From positions 239,825 to 303,824 of the forward strand of contig JAPLUW010000001.1 of NCBI GenBank assembly GCA_026397405.1: 64,000 nt of DNA. Reading direction: 5' to 3'. This stretch comes from Candidatus Adlerbacteria bacterium (GTDB lineage: Bacteria > Patescibacteriota > Minisyncoccia > Phycocordibacterales > SBAW01). Below are positions 17,582-27,652 of the stretch, in pieces (positions within the stretch are counted from its first letter, which is position 1; the number at the start of each line of letters is the position of its first letter). The translations under genes were made by a program, and so were the position numbers. A model generated the notes under the pieces. The model did not search any database. It had not been told where the DNA came from and saw nothing but the letters and a program-made list of their open reading frames with translations.

Positions 17582-18790
17582 CTAGAGTCGCACACCCCAG
17601 AGCGAATGGTCTCCGCGAGTGATAAATAGTAGATACTTTCCGTCTGGCGACACCCCAAGTTGGTCAATGGGCGCGCTTGGTCCCCCATTGCCCGGCAACG
17701 TTACCACAACTCCTCCTCCACTATTTGCATCAAATTCTACAATACTGTCCGCCGTTTGTACGAGCCCTTGGTGCCACAAGTCTATGTAGTTTTGGGGTTG
17801 GGTATCGAGCGGCAGTGCGCAGTACAACGTATCGGCTGCAGTGCTGGCCCAAACACATTTTTCGGGCAGTGGTGTTTTTAAAATGTTAGCGTCTCTGCCT
17901 GCTTCAATGTCGTGTATATAGGTGTGCGGTGCGCTGCCGCTACCTGCGTTTGTTTGGTACACAACTTTTGTAAAGGTATTGTTTGCAATCGCCGACAACC
18001 CCGGGGTGTAGAGCAGTGGTGAAAGCCCGCCAGTTTTTGCGTTTATAGAAAATGCGATACCTGGCACCCCTGCGGCACTCTTTGTTTGTGCAATAAGTGC
18101 ATTTTGTGCAGGCCAGGAGAGTAACATTTGTGAAAGCGGCAGAGAAAATAGTTTTTTGCTACCTGTGCCGTCTATGTTTGCTGTAAATGCATTTGCACCA
18201 GTGGCAGTCGTAACTAGATACGCAAGGCTATGTTTGTCAGGCGACACCGTAAGTGACTCCATGCCGTTTGGCAAAAATTGCATACGGGGAGGTATGGCGG
18301 CGTTGGTTGAGGTTGCGGGCGTAAACGTTACGTACACACTTTTTATTACACCCAGCTCCACATACTGGAGTATCGTAGAAGTGCCGTGGTTACCCCACAA
18401 CACTTCGGTAAGGCCCGGTATGGTTACGTTAGAAATAGGGCGCACTGCGGCACCAGGCACGTCGACTGCGAGGTCGGATATATGCCCCGTATCCTGCATA
18501 ACGTAGCGGGCAATGGTTGTTGTTGGGTTAGATGTTTGTACAAACGTGGCACCAGCAACTGGCCCGTCGGCAATTTTAAACACACGCTGGAGAACCTGGT
18601 TCCCTACTTGTCCCGGAGTCGTCGAGTCCCCGACATTTGTTTGTGTTGTTGATACATTACCCCCAATGCCAAAAAAACCAGTCGACGGCGTTCCTGTGCT
18701 TGTGTTTGAGTGGAAAAAGAAAAACAGTAACAATAAAATTATTGCTAGAAAAACGAGCCCTCCTACTATGTAAATGGTTTTATTTTTCAT
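17582..18790 (-). CDS. Membrane-anchored beta-propeller-like protein, T4SS cluster
   Basis: N-terminal TM, Thr/Gly linker, repeated VSPDK/VSPDG blade-like motifs. Confidence 0.6.
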   Translation of the reverse strand: MKNKTIYIVGGLVFLAIILLLLFFFFHSNTSTGTPSTGFFGIGGNVSTTQTNVGDSTTPGQVGNQVLQRVFKIADGPVAGATFVQTSNPTTTIARYVMQDTGHISDLAVDVPGAAVRPISNVTIPGLTEVLWGNHGTSTILQYVELGVIKSVYVTFTPATSTNAAIPPRMQFLPNGMESLTVSPDKHSLAYLVTTATGANAFTANIDGTGSKKLFSLPLSQMLLSWPAQNALIAQTKSAAGVPGIAFSINAKTGGLSPLLYTPGLSAIANNTFTKVVYQTNAGSGSAPHTYIHDIEAGRDANILKTPLPEKCVWASTAADTLYCALPLDTQPQNYIDLWHQGLVQTADSIVEFDANSGGGVVVTLPGNGGPSAPIDQLGVSPDGKYLLFITRGDHSLWGVRL

Positions 18791-19845
18791 TCAGTTTGTC
18801 CTAATACAGGCACTCCCCACACAGGATTATTTATAGGAAGCAAACATAATTCTCCTGGCGCGATATCCTTACAAGTATAGGCCCCTGAGTTTGCAAGATA
18901 ACTGCCTGCACACGTTGCTGGTACATTATCGAGCGGGTTAACACTTGTCAAAATGTCTTTGCCAAGTAGTTTGAGAGTAGCTGCGTACAACGGGCCAATT
19001 GGTGAAACTAGAAGACTAAGGCCCAGAACCCCAGTGCCAACTTGTATGTTGGTGCCAGTTTCGTACACCACTCCGTTTTTTCCATTTGCTGTTTGGCAGG
19101 CATTTCGCAGTGCTGCGGTTTGATCTTGTGCTGGGGCTGTCGCTATTCCTACCGCTGTTGAAGGATTTAATATGTTGCATGCAGTCACCAACTGGGGGTT
19201 GATGGTATTTAAAATAATATATGAACTTAACAACAGCAACAGCCCCCACACAGCCGCTTGTATACGTCGGCGAGCAAAGTCTTTTTTGTTTACCACCTCC
19301 GAAATCATGTAGGTAATACCTCCAAGTACTAAAAACAGCACTGCAACCATACCACCTAGGTAGATAAGTAGCTTAAAAATCAAATTTATCAGCTGGCAAA
19401 AATTTGTTTGCCCGTTGGTATTTTGGCCAGGGAGTGGTTCAAGCGGAACGTACGTTAAGTTTGGAGAAGAAGCTGAGCAAGCTCTTCCGCCTACAACACA
19501 ACTTGAACCCTCTGGGCATTTGCCTGCAGAATCAGGCATCCCAACAGGAGTTGCTTTTTCGTCGCTAACACACGTAGGTGTTGAAGCGGATATTGTTGAC
19601 TGTGTAGGTGCGGCTGGTTGATTTGTTGCTGCGGGCGCAGGGTTCGCTGGCGGTGTTGTATTTATTTTTGAGACACACTTTCCTGCGCAATCTGCAGCCG
19701 AATTAAATAAAGATGATACACCTGAACGACAACTAGTTACACATGCATTGTATGCCCCGATATCCACACCAGATTGTGAGTCAGCGAACGTGACGTAAGG
19801 TGTCAGTAATGCAAAAAATAGGAAAAAAATTATTGTTTTTTTCAT
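18787..19845 (-). CDS. VirB2/TrbC-like pilin domain fused to Cys-rich extracellular domains
   Basis: Signal peptide; GGMVAVLFLVLGGITYM...ARRRIQAAVWGLLLLLSSYIILNTINPQL hairpin typical of CPR pilins. Confidence 0.65.
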   Translation of the reverse strand: MKKTIIFFLFFALLTPYVTFADSQSGVDIGAYNACVTSCRSGVSSLFNSAADCAGKCVSKINTTPPANPAPAATNQPAAPTQSTISASTPTCVSDEKATPVGMPDSAGKCPEGSSCVVGGRACSASSPNLTYVPLEPLPGQNTNGQTNFCQLINLIFKLLIYLGGMVAVLFLVLGGITYMISEVVNKKDFARRRIQAAVWGLLLLLSSYIILNTINPQLVTACNILNPSTAVGIATAPAQDQTAALRNACQTANGKNGVVYETGTNIQVGTGVLGLSLLVSPIGPLYAATLKLLGKDILTSVNPLDNVPATCAGSYLANSGAYTCKDIAPGELCLLPINNPVWGVPVLGQTE

Positions 19846-20867
19846 AAGCCAAAGAATGATGAAATTGCCGAACCTGCACTTTGTCCAAATACAAGCTGCA
19901 GCCGTGTGTCTGCAGCTTGTATAAGTTGGGTGGTGTTGGTATTTTGCACAGTCACACCAATGTCAGCCGCGCCACTCCCACTCCCCGTCTGGCGCAGTGT
20001 AAGCATACCCTGTGCCGCTGCAGGGCCGGTAGTTTCTTGGTCGTTTAACTGCCATGTATAGACAAGCGTTTTATTTTTTACACTGTTAGTTGCAAAAAAA
20101 TACGGCTCTGCTTGCAGCGTAATTTCTTTTTGTGCAAGTGATGCCTTGTCCCTCAACCCTTCTTCCAACAACTCTCCGCGCAGAGGGTCGCGTGCGTACA
20201 GCACCACCTGTGGCGCACTTGCAGGTATGACAATGTCCCCTCTTCCGACCGCCGAGTTGCCCGAGTATATAGTTACCGAAATATCCTCCTCTGTTTGTAG
20301 TTGGTCACCTTGGAAGGAAAATGCCGTTTTTCCCAACCCCGACGCGCTTGTGTCCGGGGTGTCGTTTCGCTTCCATTGGAAGGAAAGCTTGGCAGGGTCT
20401 ACCAGTTTGCCTCCGAGCATTACTGTAGGGAACGCTACAACGCGTAGGTTGGAACCTGCGCTGTAGAGTGGTTTGCCTACGTACAAAAGGGGTGTGTAGG
20501 TGTCTGCTTCCCATACTAGGTTGACAACCGACGGGTTAAACACAAAGTCGCGTGTCATCACCCCAAGTGTCGGCGAGTTAATGACAAGGTGGATGTACGT
20601 TACAGCACCCACCCCGCCTGTCGTAAACGTAAACGACTGTTGCCCTGCGAATGCCTCAACCACCTTGCCGTTTTCCTGCCAGGTAAGGCTGGAGTTGCCC
20701 AAAAATTGCCCAACGCCGTTTACTTCTATATTTACTAATTGGTTTGGTCCTGGGTTTTCGGGCGAGATAATAAACTGCAACGGGTCAGGCACCGCCGACT
20801 GCGCATGTGCAAGTGACGTAGTTACAAAAAAAAGTGCGAATATGCCAATGAGTAATTTATGCCGCAT
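19842..20867 (-). CDS. Secreted Ig-like repeat protein, T4SS cluster
   Basis: Signal peptide ending AHA; three beta-rich repeats with LTWQENG / FQWKRND / YTWQLND. Confidence 0.6.
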   Translation of the reverse strand: MRHKLLIGIFALFFVTTSLAHAQSAVPDPLQFIISPENPGPNQLVNIEVNGVGQFLGNSSLTWQENGKVVEAFAGQQSFTFTTGGVGAVTYIHLVINSPTLGVMTRDFVFNPSVVNLVWEADTYTPLLYVGKPLYSAGSNLRVVAFPTVMLGGKLVDPAKLSFQWKRNDTPDTSASGLGKTAFSFQGDQLQTEEDISVTIYSGNSAVGRGDIVIPASAPQVVLYARDPLRGELLEEGLRDKASLAQKEITLQAEPYFFATNSVKNKTLVYTWQLNDQETTGPAAAQGMLTLRQTGSGSGAADIGVTVQNTNTTQLIQAADTRLQLVFGQSAGSAISSFFGL

Positions 20868-21564
20868 GTGGAATTGGAGTAGCCTCAGTAGTGTTGAAAG
20901 ATTGTCTAGGATGTCGGATACCATCAATATTTTTTAATTCGGCAGAGACCGCAGACCCTTGTCTGTCGCTTGCTGCGTTTTGTTGTACTTGCGTAGACGC
21001 ACCCTTGTCTCGCGCCATCTGCGCGGTCGCTTGGTTTATGCCCACAATGCCAAGCGCTGTGGCACCAAACACAGTTCCTGGTGCTAGTATTTTTGTAAAC
21101 GCCCCTTGTGCACCCCCTTCCAATTTTCTTTGTTCGGCTTTTTTGCGGACAACAGACATCACTGTCATCAAAGTCCACCCAGGTGCGTTGTTGAGGCCAG
21201 GTACAAGTTCCATAATTGCGCCAAAACCTGCATACCGCCCGTAAAACATGCCGCACAAACGGAGCAGTGCAACAAGGAGCAACCCTAGCGTAACGTCAAT
21301 GCACAGGTTTACGGCAATCCCAAGCCCTACACCAATAGGAATTGTATAGACTGCAAGTGCGTCAGCTGGGGTCGCCACTAACGCACCAGCAGCACCTCCT
21401 ATAAAACAACCAACCCGGTCTGCAATAGCTGCACCTAATGCGCACCCCGCAGCACCTCCTGCAAATGTCCCCGGGAATGCGCCAAATAGGAAAAAAGCAA
21501 ACGCCATAAATGCCTGTGCGCCGTCTATAAGAAGTGCAAAAGCTATAAGTGCCGCTCCCTTCAT
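20857..21564 (-). CDS. Gly/Ala-rich membrane protein, T4SS cluster
   Basis: Several hydrophobic GxxxG segments, ELVPGLNNAPGWT motif. Confidence 0.6.
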   Translation of the reverse strand: MKGAALIAFALLIDGAQAFMAFAFFLFGAFPGTFAGGAAGCALGAAIADRVGCFIGGAAGALVATPADALAVYTIPIGVGLGIAVNLCIDVTLGLLLVALLRLCGMFYGRYAGFGAIMELVPGLNNAPGWTLMTVMSVVRKKAEQRKLEGGAQGAFTKILAPGTVFGATALGIVGINQATAQMARDKGASTQVQQNAASDRQGSAVSAELKNIDGIRHPRQSFNTTEATPIPHAA

Positions 21565-21598
21565 ACGTTCTATTGTACCGCGTTTATTTTTCTACTCG

Positions 21599-23419
21599 CT
21601 ATGCTTGTGCAGCAGCATCGGCTTTTTGTTTGCGAATAGCCAGCACTTGCGAAGGGTCGGAGGTAATTATTTGGTCTTCAGTGTATGAGGCTATCACTTT
21701 TATAGCTACGTGTTTTAAGCCCGCAAAAAATATTCCCTCCCCCACGTCCGACTCGAGCAACAAGTATTTTTCTTCGTCCGAGAGGTTAAACGTTTTTTGT
21801 AAATTGTCTATGGTTGTAGGCGACTGCTTAAGAAGCAACTGTATAGACGAGTTGGTTATCATGGGTAGCCCGTAGGGTGACTTTAAAAAGTCGTCCACGT
21901 CTTGAGTAATGGTTGCAAGCCCCAAGTAATATTTGCGGCCGCGCTTTGCCATACTGTACAAAAACGAGGCGGTGTCTTCCGACTTCATCATCCACCAGGC
22001 TTCGTCTATAACCAACAAGCGTTTTTTGAGGTTTTTGCGTACCGTGTTCCATATATAGTGGGTAATAAGGTACATGGCGACGGGCTTTAGGTCGTCTTCC
22101 ATGTCGCGGACAGAAAATACAACAAACTTTTTGTTGATGTCGACGTTGGTTGGCTGGTTTATAAACCCCGACCATGTTCCTTTGGTGTACTTTGACAAGC
22201 GCTGTCCCAAAGACTCGCTGCCGTCCATGCCGGCCAACACTGTTTCAAAGTCGGAAAGCAACGGAGGTTCTATTTCTGCGAAATTTGAGTCTATAGTGAT
22301 GTCTTTAAGTGCATACGTTTCAGTAATTGCCTTGTCGATAATAGCGTCTTCTTCGGGCGAAAGGCCTCCAAGCATAATGCGGAAGAGCCCTACCAAGGCA
22401 ACAATGTTGGAGCGCAAAATGTCTGCAGGGTTTTCGTCTTCGCGGGGTATCGGCAGGTCAAAGGGGTTGATATGGTGCTCGGACGAAAGGGAGATATTAA
22501 AGTACCGCCCGCCCACTGTCTGGCTCAAAAATTCGTACTCGCGTTCGGGGTCTATGACGATAACTTCGGTGTCAAACATGAGTGTGCGTAAAATTTCGAG
22601 CTTGGTGGTGTAGCTCTTGCCCGAACCCGACTTGGCAAAAATAACTGAGTTGTAGTTTTCGAGGCTAAAGCGGTCAAAGAGCACAAGCGATGCGTTGTGG
22701 CGGTTAACGCCATACAAAATACCTTTGTCGGAGGTAAGGTCGAACGAAACAAAGGGGAAAATTGATGAAAGCGGGGACGAATTGAGTTTGGAATGTACCT
22801 GCAACTCGTCGCGACCAATAGGCAGGGTGCTTTTAAAGCCCTGCTCTTGCTGGAAGAGCGCGGGTTTTACATATATAAGGCGCGACTCGAGCATTGACTT
22901 AATCTCCGACTCGGTTTTGTCGAGCTCTTCGACTGTTTTGCCGTAGACCGTAATGTACACACCCACGTCAAATATCTTTTCCTCTGCTTGCTGCAGTTGG
23001 TCGCGCAGGTCTTCTAGGTCTTTATATGCAGTGTCTAAAATAGGGTCACGCACCAAGCCTTTTTCTTCCCGCGACATAATTTGGCTCTGTACCTCGGCCA
23101 CCTTTTTTTGGAATTTTTTCAAAATGTCTGCGGAGTCTATAGGGTGCACAAAAATAGATATGTCTAAAACGCGGTCGAGGTTAATGACCGGCGCAAACCA
23201 CGAGTCTGTTAGTGTGCGCGGGTACGACATGACAAAAAATGTGCGGGCAATTTTGTCGCCTAAGTTAATTTCCCGCGGGGTGATTTTTAAAGCACTCGGT
23301 GCAATGACATCTTGCAGTTCAAGCACGCCCTGCTTGTAAATTTGCTCGGGCATAATAGGTGCCAGAGACGATGTGCGAGGGTCGTCAGTTTTTGTTTTTA
23401 AAAAATCAAGGAGTGCCAT
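21599..23419 (-). CDS. virB4: VirB4-like type IV secretion ATPase
   Basis: GILYGVN, NSVIFAKSGSGKS (Walker A), IVIDPEREY, LLVIDEAW (Walker B), KRGRKY, ITQDVDDF. Confidence 0.9.
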   Translation of the reverse strand: MALLDFLKTKTDDPRTSSLAPIMPEQIYKQGVLELQDVIAPSALKITPREINLGDKIARTFFVMSYPRTLTDSWFAPVINLDRVLDISIFVHPIDSADILKKFQKKVAEVQSQIMSREEKGLVRDPILDTAYKDLEDLRDQLQQAEEKIFDVGVYITVYGKTVEELDKTESEIKSMLESRLIYVKPALFQQEQGFKSTLPIGRDELQVHSKLNSSPLSSIFPFVSFDLTSDKGILYGVNRHNASLVLFDRFSLENYNSVIFAKSGSGKSYTTKLEILRTLMFDTEVIVIDPEREYEFLSQTVGGRYFNISLSSEHHINPFDLPIPREDENPADILRSNIVALVGLFRIMLGGLSPEEDAIIDKAITETYALKDITIDSNFAEIEPPLLSDFETVLAGMDGSESLGQRLSKYTKGTWSGFINQPTNVDINKKFVVFSVRDMEDDLKPVAMYLITHYIWNTVRKNLKKRLLVIDEAWWMMKSEDTASFLYSMAKRGRKYYLGLATITQDVDDFLKSPYGLPMITNSSIQLLLKQSPTTIDNLQKTFNLSDEEKYLLLESDVGEGIFFAGLKHVAIKVIASYTEDQIITSDPSQVLAIRKQKADAAAQA

Positions 23420-23438
23420 AAGAAGTTTCTCTATACTA

Positions 23439-24107
23439 TCATTTTGCTACTTGTGTTACCTGCAGGGGTTTTTCAAGTTCGCCTGGGTTAAAGAGTTTGT
23501 AGAAGAGTTCAATAATTTCCTCTGTCCCCAACCCCACCACACGCACCCCGGTACGTATCAACCCTTGTTCTATAACCGAGACGCGTTGTTCAAGCTGGAC
23601 ACGATACTCTTCAAACTGCTCGTCTGTCAGTGCCCCACCCCCGCTCGTACCCTTTGATGGCAACAGCGCGTTTACTATGCCGGTAATACCACTGCCGCGT
23701 GCAACAAGTGCTGGGTCGTAGGGCACTACTATAAAAAAGTTTTTGGTCATAATGTTTGACCGTGCCGTAAAGTCTTTAATGAAGGCAATGTATTCTTGTA
23801 TTTGGATCTTCATCAGGTCGTCCAGTTCAGCCTTGTAACGAGCCTCCAATAAACCAATATATGGCCGGATATCGAGGTCTCGTGACTGTATAAAAAATTG
23901 TGCGCTAAATTCGAGTGAGTTAAGGAAGTTTTGGAACTGCCCAATTATCGCCGCCTGCTCATCCTGCGACTTTAAGGCTAGGTTGATAGACGATGCCATA
24001 AGCAACGACCGTAAACTGCCATCTTTTAAAATAATAATGCCGCCACGTACCTCTTGTATGGGTACAAATTCTTGTGTTGCCTGCGCTTTTACTGTGTTGT
24101 CAGCCAT
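23439..24107 (-). CDS. TraC/VirB4 N-terminal-like protein
   Basis: IIILKDG, SINLALKSQDEQ...FQNFLNSL; lies between prgI and virB4. Confidence 0.7.
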   Translation of the reverse strand: MADNTVKAQATQEFVPIQEVRGGIIILKDGSLRSLLMASSINLALKSQDEQAAIIGQFQNFLNSLEFSAQFFIQSRDLDIRPYIGLLEARYKAELDDLMKIQIQEYIAFIKDFTARSNIMTKNFFIVVPYDPALVARGSGITGIVNALLPSKGTSGGGALTDEQFEEYRVQLEQRVSVIEQGLIRTGVRVVGLGTEEIIELFYKLFNPGELEKPLQVTQVAK

Positions 24108-24109
24108 AA

Positions 24110-24541
24110 TTATACGTTATTTGTCTCCTTTAGAGCGGCGTGTTCTTTAATATTGAGCGACCAGGCAAGGTCTTTAAGGCGACTATCGGAAAGTTTAGGT
24201 ACGATGATAGCTGCAGGGGTACTACTTGCCGGAGTTACTACCTGCCCTTCCCCAGCAGAAGGGAGGCGTTGTTTCCACAAATACAATTTGCTGCCGACAA
24301 AATACCCAAACGCATGTTCTATGGCGTGCACAAACGGGCGGCCGTTCACTTCATAAAATGCGAGCGCCAAAGAAAAACCAACCACAGGCAATGAGAGCGT
24401 GATAGTTATATACAGTGGCAATAGGCTAAAAAAAACAAGGCAGAGTCCCCCGCCCCCGGCCAAGTAGATAAATTGCTTCAGCGTAAGAGGGCCGAATATT
24501 TTATCTTCAACTTCGATAAATTGAGGAACTTGGTAGCGCAT
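24110..24541 (-). CDS. prgI: PrgI family (VirB3-like) protein
   Basis: MRYQVPQFIEVEDKIFGPLTLKQF, two TM helices, NGRP. Confidence 0.85.
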   Translation of the reverse strand: MRYQVPQFIEVEDKIFGPLTLKQFIYLAGGGGLCLVFFSLLPLYITITLSLPVVGFSLALAFYEVNGRPFVHAIEHAFGYFVGSKLYLWKQRLPSAGEGQVVTPASSTPAAIIVPKLSDSRLKDLAWSLNIKEHAALKETNNV

Positions 24542-24584
24542 TCCCCATTAGTATATATCAGTTTCCGCATGCAGTGCGGAGTAA

Positions 24585-25157
24585 TTACTCAACCGGTTCG
24601 CGATACGGGTCGGTTTTGTATATAGGACGAGGTGCGGCAGTCGCAACTGTTTTTTCTGTGAGCATTTTTTCTGCTGTAGGCATAGAAATTGCGGGTATGA
24701 CAGGGGTAGGTGTCGGAGCACTAGGTCCATCCAGGGGAGCGGCTGTTGCAGGAATGATAGTAGGAAGTGCTGGAGCTGTGGTGACCATAGGTAAGGAAGT
24801 ACGGGGCTCTTCGGGTATGGCTTGAATTTTTTTTGTATCGGTAAAGTGTTTGAGAGCTTCACGTATAGGGGCAAACACTTCAGCACTTATCTCGCCGGCA
24901 ATTACTGCAGCATCTGCGGCTGGTATGGCAAGCTGCTCGGCAATTTGTTGGTTAAATGTGTCGGGGTCAAAAAAACCAAGCATGACAAGCATTGTTTCGT
25001 CTTCCAATTTTCCTACCTGGTCGATATGCAGGCCATGCTTTTGCCCAATAGCGCGAATATGTGTACCCATGTCAGCCGAAAGCACTGCGTCACGCACCTC
25101 TTGCGGTAATTCCGCGAGCCTTTCCTCTATTTGTGTTTTTGTTGAATTCTCTTCCAT
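24585..25157 (-). CDS. Hypothetical protein, T4SS cluster
   Basis: Helical N-domain, Pro/Thr-rich linker, C-terminal DPYREPVE. Confidence 0.7.
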   Translation of the reverse strand: MEENSTKTQIEERLAELPQEVRDAVLSADMGTHIRAIGQKHGLHIDQVGKLEDETMLVMLGFFDPDTFNQQIAEQLAIPAADAAVIAGEISAEVFAPIREALKHFTDTKKIQAIPEEPRTSLPMVTTAPALPTIIPATAAPLDGPSAPTPTPVIPAISMPTAEKMLTEKTVATAAPRPIYKTDPYREPVE

Positions 25158-25180
25158 ACTGTGTCCAGATAATTTAATAA

Positions 25181-27652
25181 TTATGCCTTAGGAATATCTT
25201 TTGGCGTTGGGGGTTTTGTTGGTCCGGTCCGGCGTATTCTCTCAAGAGTGCTTCTCATTGCGGGGACATCAGCTCGATTAATTGTAGGTCTTTCATTTTG
25301 CACAGGTGCTAGGCCATTGGAATTGGTGACGAACCCTGTTCCAGCCCGGCTCTTGTCTACCGGAGTCTGGGGCCTCGTTGGATTTTTTTGTGGTTCTACT
25401 ATGGTTTGTTGCTGGGTAGACTCTCTAGATTTTTGAGTTTGTATTGAAGAGAGAGTCTTTTTCCCTTCTCTTGCCAGCCGGGTCTGTTCCTGTTCTTCAG
25501 TGAGTTGAGCTTTTTCAAGCCTGTTGGTTTCTCGCAACCTCGATGCTATTTCTCTAAAGATTGGGCTGTCTGTTATTTCAGTATTTGCTGCTGTCCCAAG
25601 GCCTCCTGGTCTTTGTGCATCTTGCCGAATAGCAGCTTTGGTTAGAGGGCTGCCTACAATTGGAGGAGTAACTACAGGAGGAGGGGTAGGGATTAATTTT
25701 TTCATGGCATCAATGGCTTCTTCTACGTCACTTTTGCCCTTTGCCATCTTGCGGACCTTTAAGGCTCCTTCAATACTACCCAGTGACGGCCCTACTGCCC
25801 TGCCCAGAATAGGGATATCTCTCGCGAAGCCCAGGTTGCCAAGGCTGTCTTCACCTATTCTCTTCTCATATCGTCCCAATCGCGCATTATCAAGTCGTTC
25901 TATTTTCTTCTTTCCGCCTTCTAAATATGGTCCCAATTGAATTTGTATGGCTTTCAGATCCGCTGCCGCTTTGTTTTTTTCCTCCGGACTAGAGGCTTGT
26001 TTAAAGAGTTCTTTGTTCATAAGTTCTGCAAGCTCCAGAGATTTCTTTTGAGTCTCAAACCCAGCTTCTCCGCCTTTGTGATTTTTCTTTAATTTCGCAA
26101 ATTCTCTCTCCGCTTTTTCTTTTTCAGCCGCAGTACTGTTCATATCCTTTGCGTTAGCCTCAACGGTTTTGGCACGGTCTGCAAATTGTTTTGCAATACC
26201 TCCCTTTCCACCGGCCTTGCCAGCATCAATGCCAACTTTGCCTAGTACTGATTTTAGGCCGGACACTCCTCGCACATCCATGCTTGCACCCGCAACCCCT
26301 TTCAGTGCTGCCATGGTCGGTCGCCCAAACACACTATTTGCCGCAAAGTCGCGCATAGTCTGGCTCCGTGCAAGAGCATTTGCGGCACGTCCCGCGGTGT
26401 TGCGTGCAGCCCAGGCCGACGTGCCCGCGCCCATTTGCGCCGCTTTGCCACCTGCCCAGCTGGCGATATTTTGCCCAGCAAGGCTGGTATGTGAGCTAAA
26501 CGAGTTCGAAAATTTAAGCGCAGCAAACATCATAATAGTAATCAACCCCACGCGCACGCCAACGCCCGCAATTATCAAGATAATAGCCTCAAAACCTTTT
26601 CCTCCTAATGCAGTATAAAAAATAGACGGTATAACCCCACCTGTTCCCGCAAGTTCTTTTAGGAACAAGGTAATTATCAAGAACATAAACAGGAATATTG
26701 CCGGGTAAAATGTTGACTCTATAAGGTGCTTTTGCCAAATCACGTACCCTTCCTTTGCGTACTTAACATGCGGCAATGCTTTTGCTGCAAACGCCAGCGG
26801 TGCAAAAATAATTACAAACCATAGCGTGATAATGCGTATCAAAAACTGTATACCAACAGAGAAAAAGACAAATGCTATCAACGCAAACATAATAGCCACA
26901 GCCGTGTATACAAGTATTTGTATACCTACAGTAGCCAAGAAACCACTAAATCCTGTTTGCTGGTTGGTAAAATTTTGAAACGATTTGTCACTGAGGAGAT
27001 TTTGTACCTGTACTGCGTTCATAATCCCAGCGCTCAAGTCTTTTATAAGTGGGTTGCCGCCCGCAAGTGGCGAGGCTCTGGTTGCGGCAATCTTTGGGTT
27101 GTTTGGGTCGCGTACATCTATAGCGTTATAAAACTGTATGGCTAAAATGTTGCCTGCGTCTATGACAATACGCGTTATAAAAAAGCTAAAGTTAATAAGC
27201 AGCGCCATAGTTACCACCATAGCCAGGGTCTTCATGGTGCCAGAGGTTTCTGCTTCGACAATTATTGTATAGGCAATGTATATAAGGATAAACACAAAGA
27301 CCAAGTTGGCTATGTCACGGACCATTGCCCACCCCTGGGAAAGGAAGTCGAGTGCATACGAGGTGCTGTTGAGCCCCAGCTGCACACCAAAATTAAATAC
27401 ATACGCACCGACATACACGAGGCCGCTTGTCCACGACACCGTAAAGATATACACAATAGATCCGATACATGTATCAACGGAGTTGCAAAAACTAGTACTG
27501 GCAGGAGGTGCACCAGCGCCTTGTGCATGCGCCACTGCCGGTGTCCCAAGCACGGCCAGTGCAGGCGAAAACACAACCACAAGCAACACAAAAGCGGTTG
27601 CAATACGTAATGCAATTTTTAGCTTTGATGAATGTAGAAATTTAGAAAGCAT
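25181..27652 (-). CDS. VirB6/TrbL-like polytopic membrane protein with long cytoplasmic tail
   Basis: GWAMVRDIANL, ALLINFSFFITRIVIDAGN, RIITLWFVIIFAPLAF; Gly/Ala and coiled-coil tail. Confidence 0.7.
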   Translation of the reverse strand: MLSKFLHSSKLKIALRIATAFVLLVVVFSPALAVLGTPAVAHAQGAGAPPASTSFCNSVDTCIGSIVYIFTVSWTSGLVYVGAYVFNFGVQLGLNSTSYALDFLSQGWAMVRDIANLVFVFILIYIAYTIIVEAETSGTMKTLAMVVTMALLINFSFFITRIVIDAGNILAIQFYNAIDVRDPNNPKIAATRASPLAGGNPLIKDLSAGIMNAVQVQNLLSDKSFQNFTNQQTGFSGFLATVGIQILVYTAVAIMFALIAFVFFSVGIQFLIRIITLWFVIIFAPLAFAAKALPHVKYAKEGYVIWQKHLIESTFYPAIFLFMFLIITLFLKELAGTGGVIPSIFYTALGGKGFEAIILIIAGVGVRVGLITIMMFAALKFSNSFSSHTSLAGQNIASWAGGKAAQMGAGTSAWAARNTAGRAANALARSQTMRDFAANSVFGRPTMAALKGVAGASMDVRGVSGLKSVLGKVGIDAGKAGGKGGIAKQFADRAKTVEANAKDMNSTAAEKEKAEREFAKLKKNHKGGEAGFETQKKSLELAELMNKELFKQASSPEEKNKAAADLKAIQIQLGPYLEGGKKKIERLDNARLGRYEKRIGEDSLGNLGFARDIPILGRAVGPSLGSIEGALKVRKMAKGKSDVEEAIDAMKKLIPTPPPVVTPPIVGSPLTKAAIRQDAQRPGGLGTAANTEITDSPIFREIASRLRETNRLEKAQLTEEQEQTRLAREGKKTLSSIQTQKSRESTQQQTIVEPQKNPTRPQTPVDKSRAGTGFVTNSNGLAPVQNERPTINRADVPAMRSTLERIRRTGPTKPPTPKDIPKA

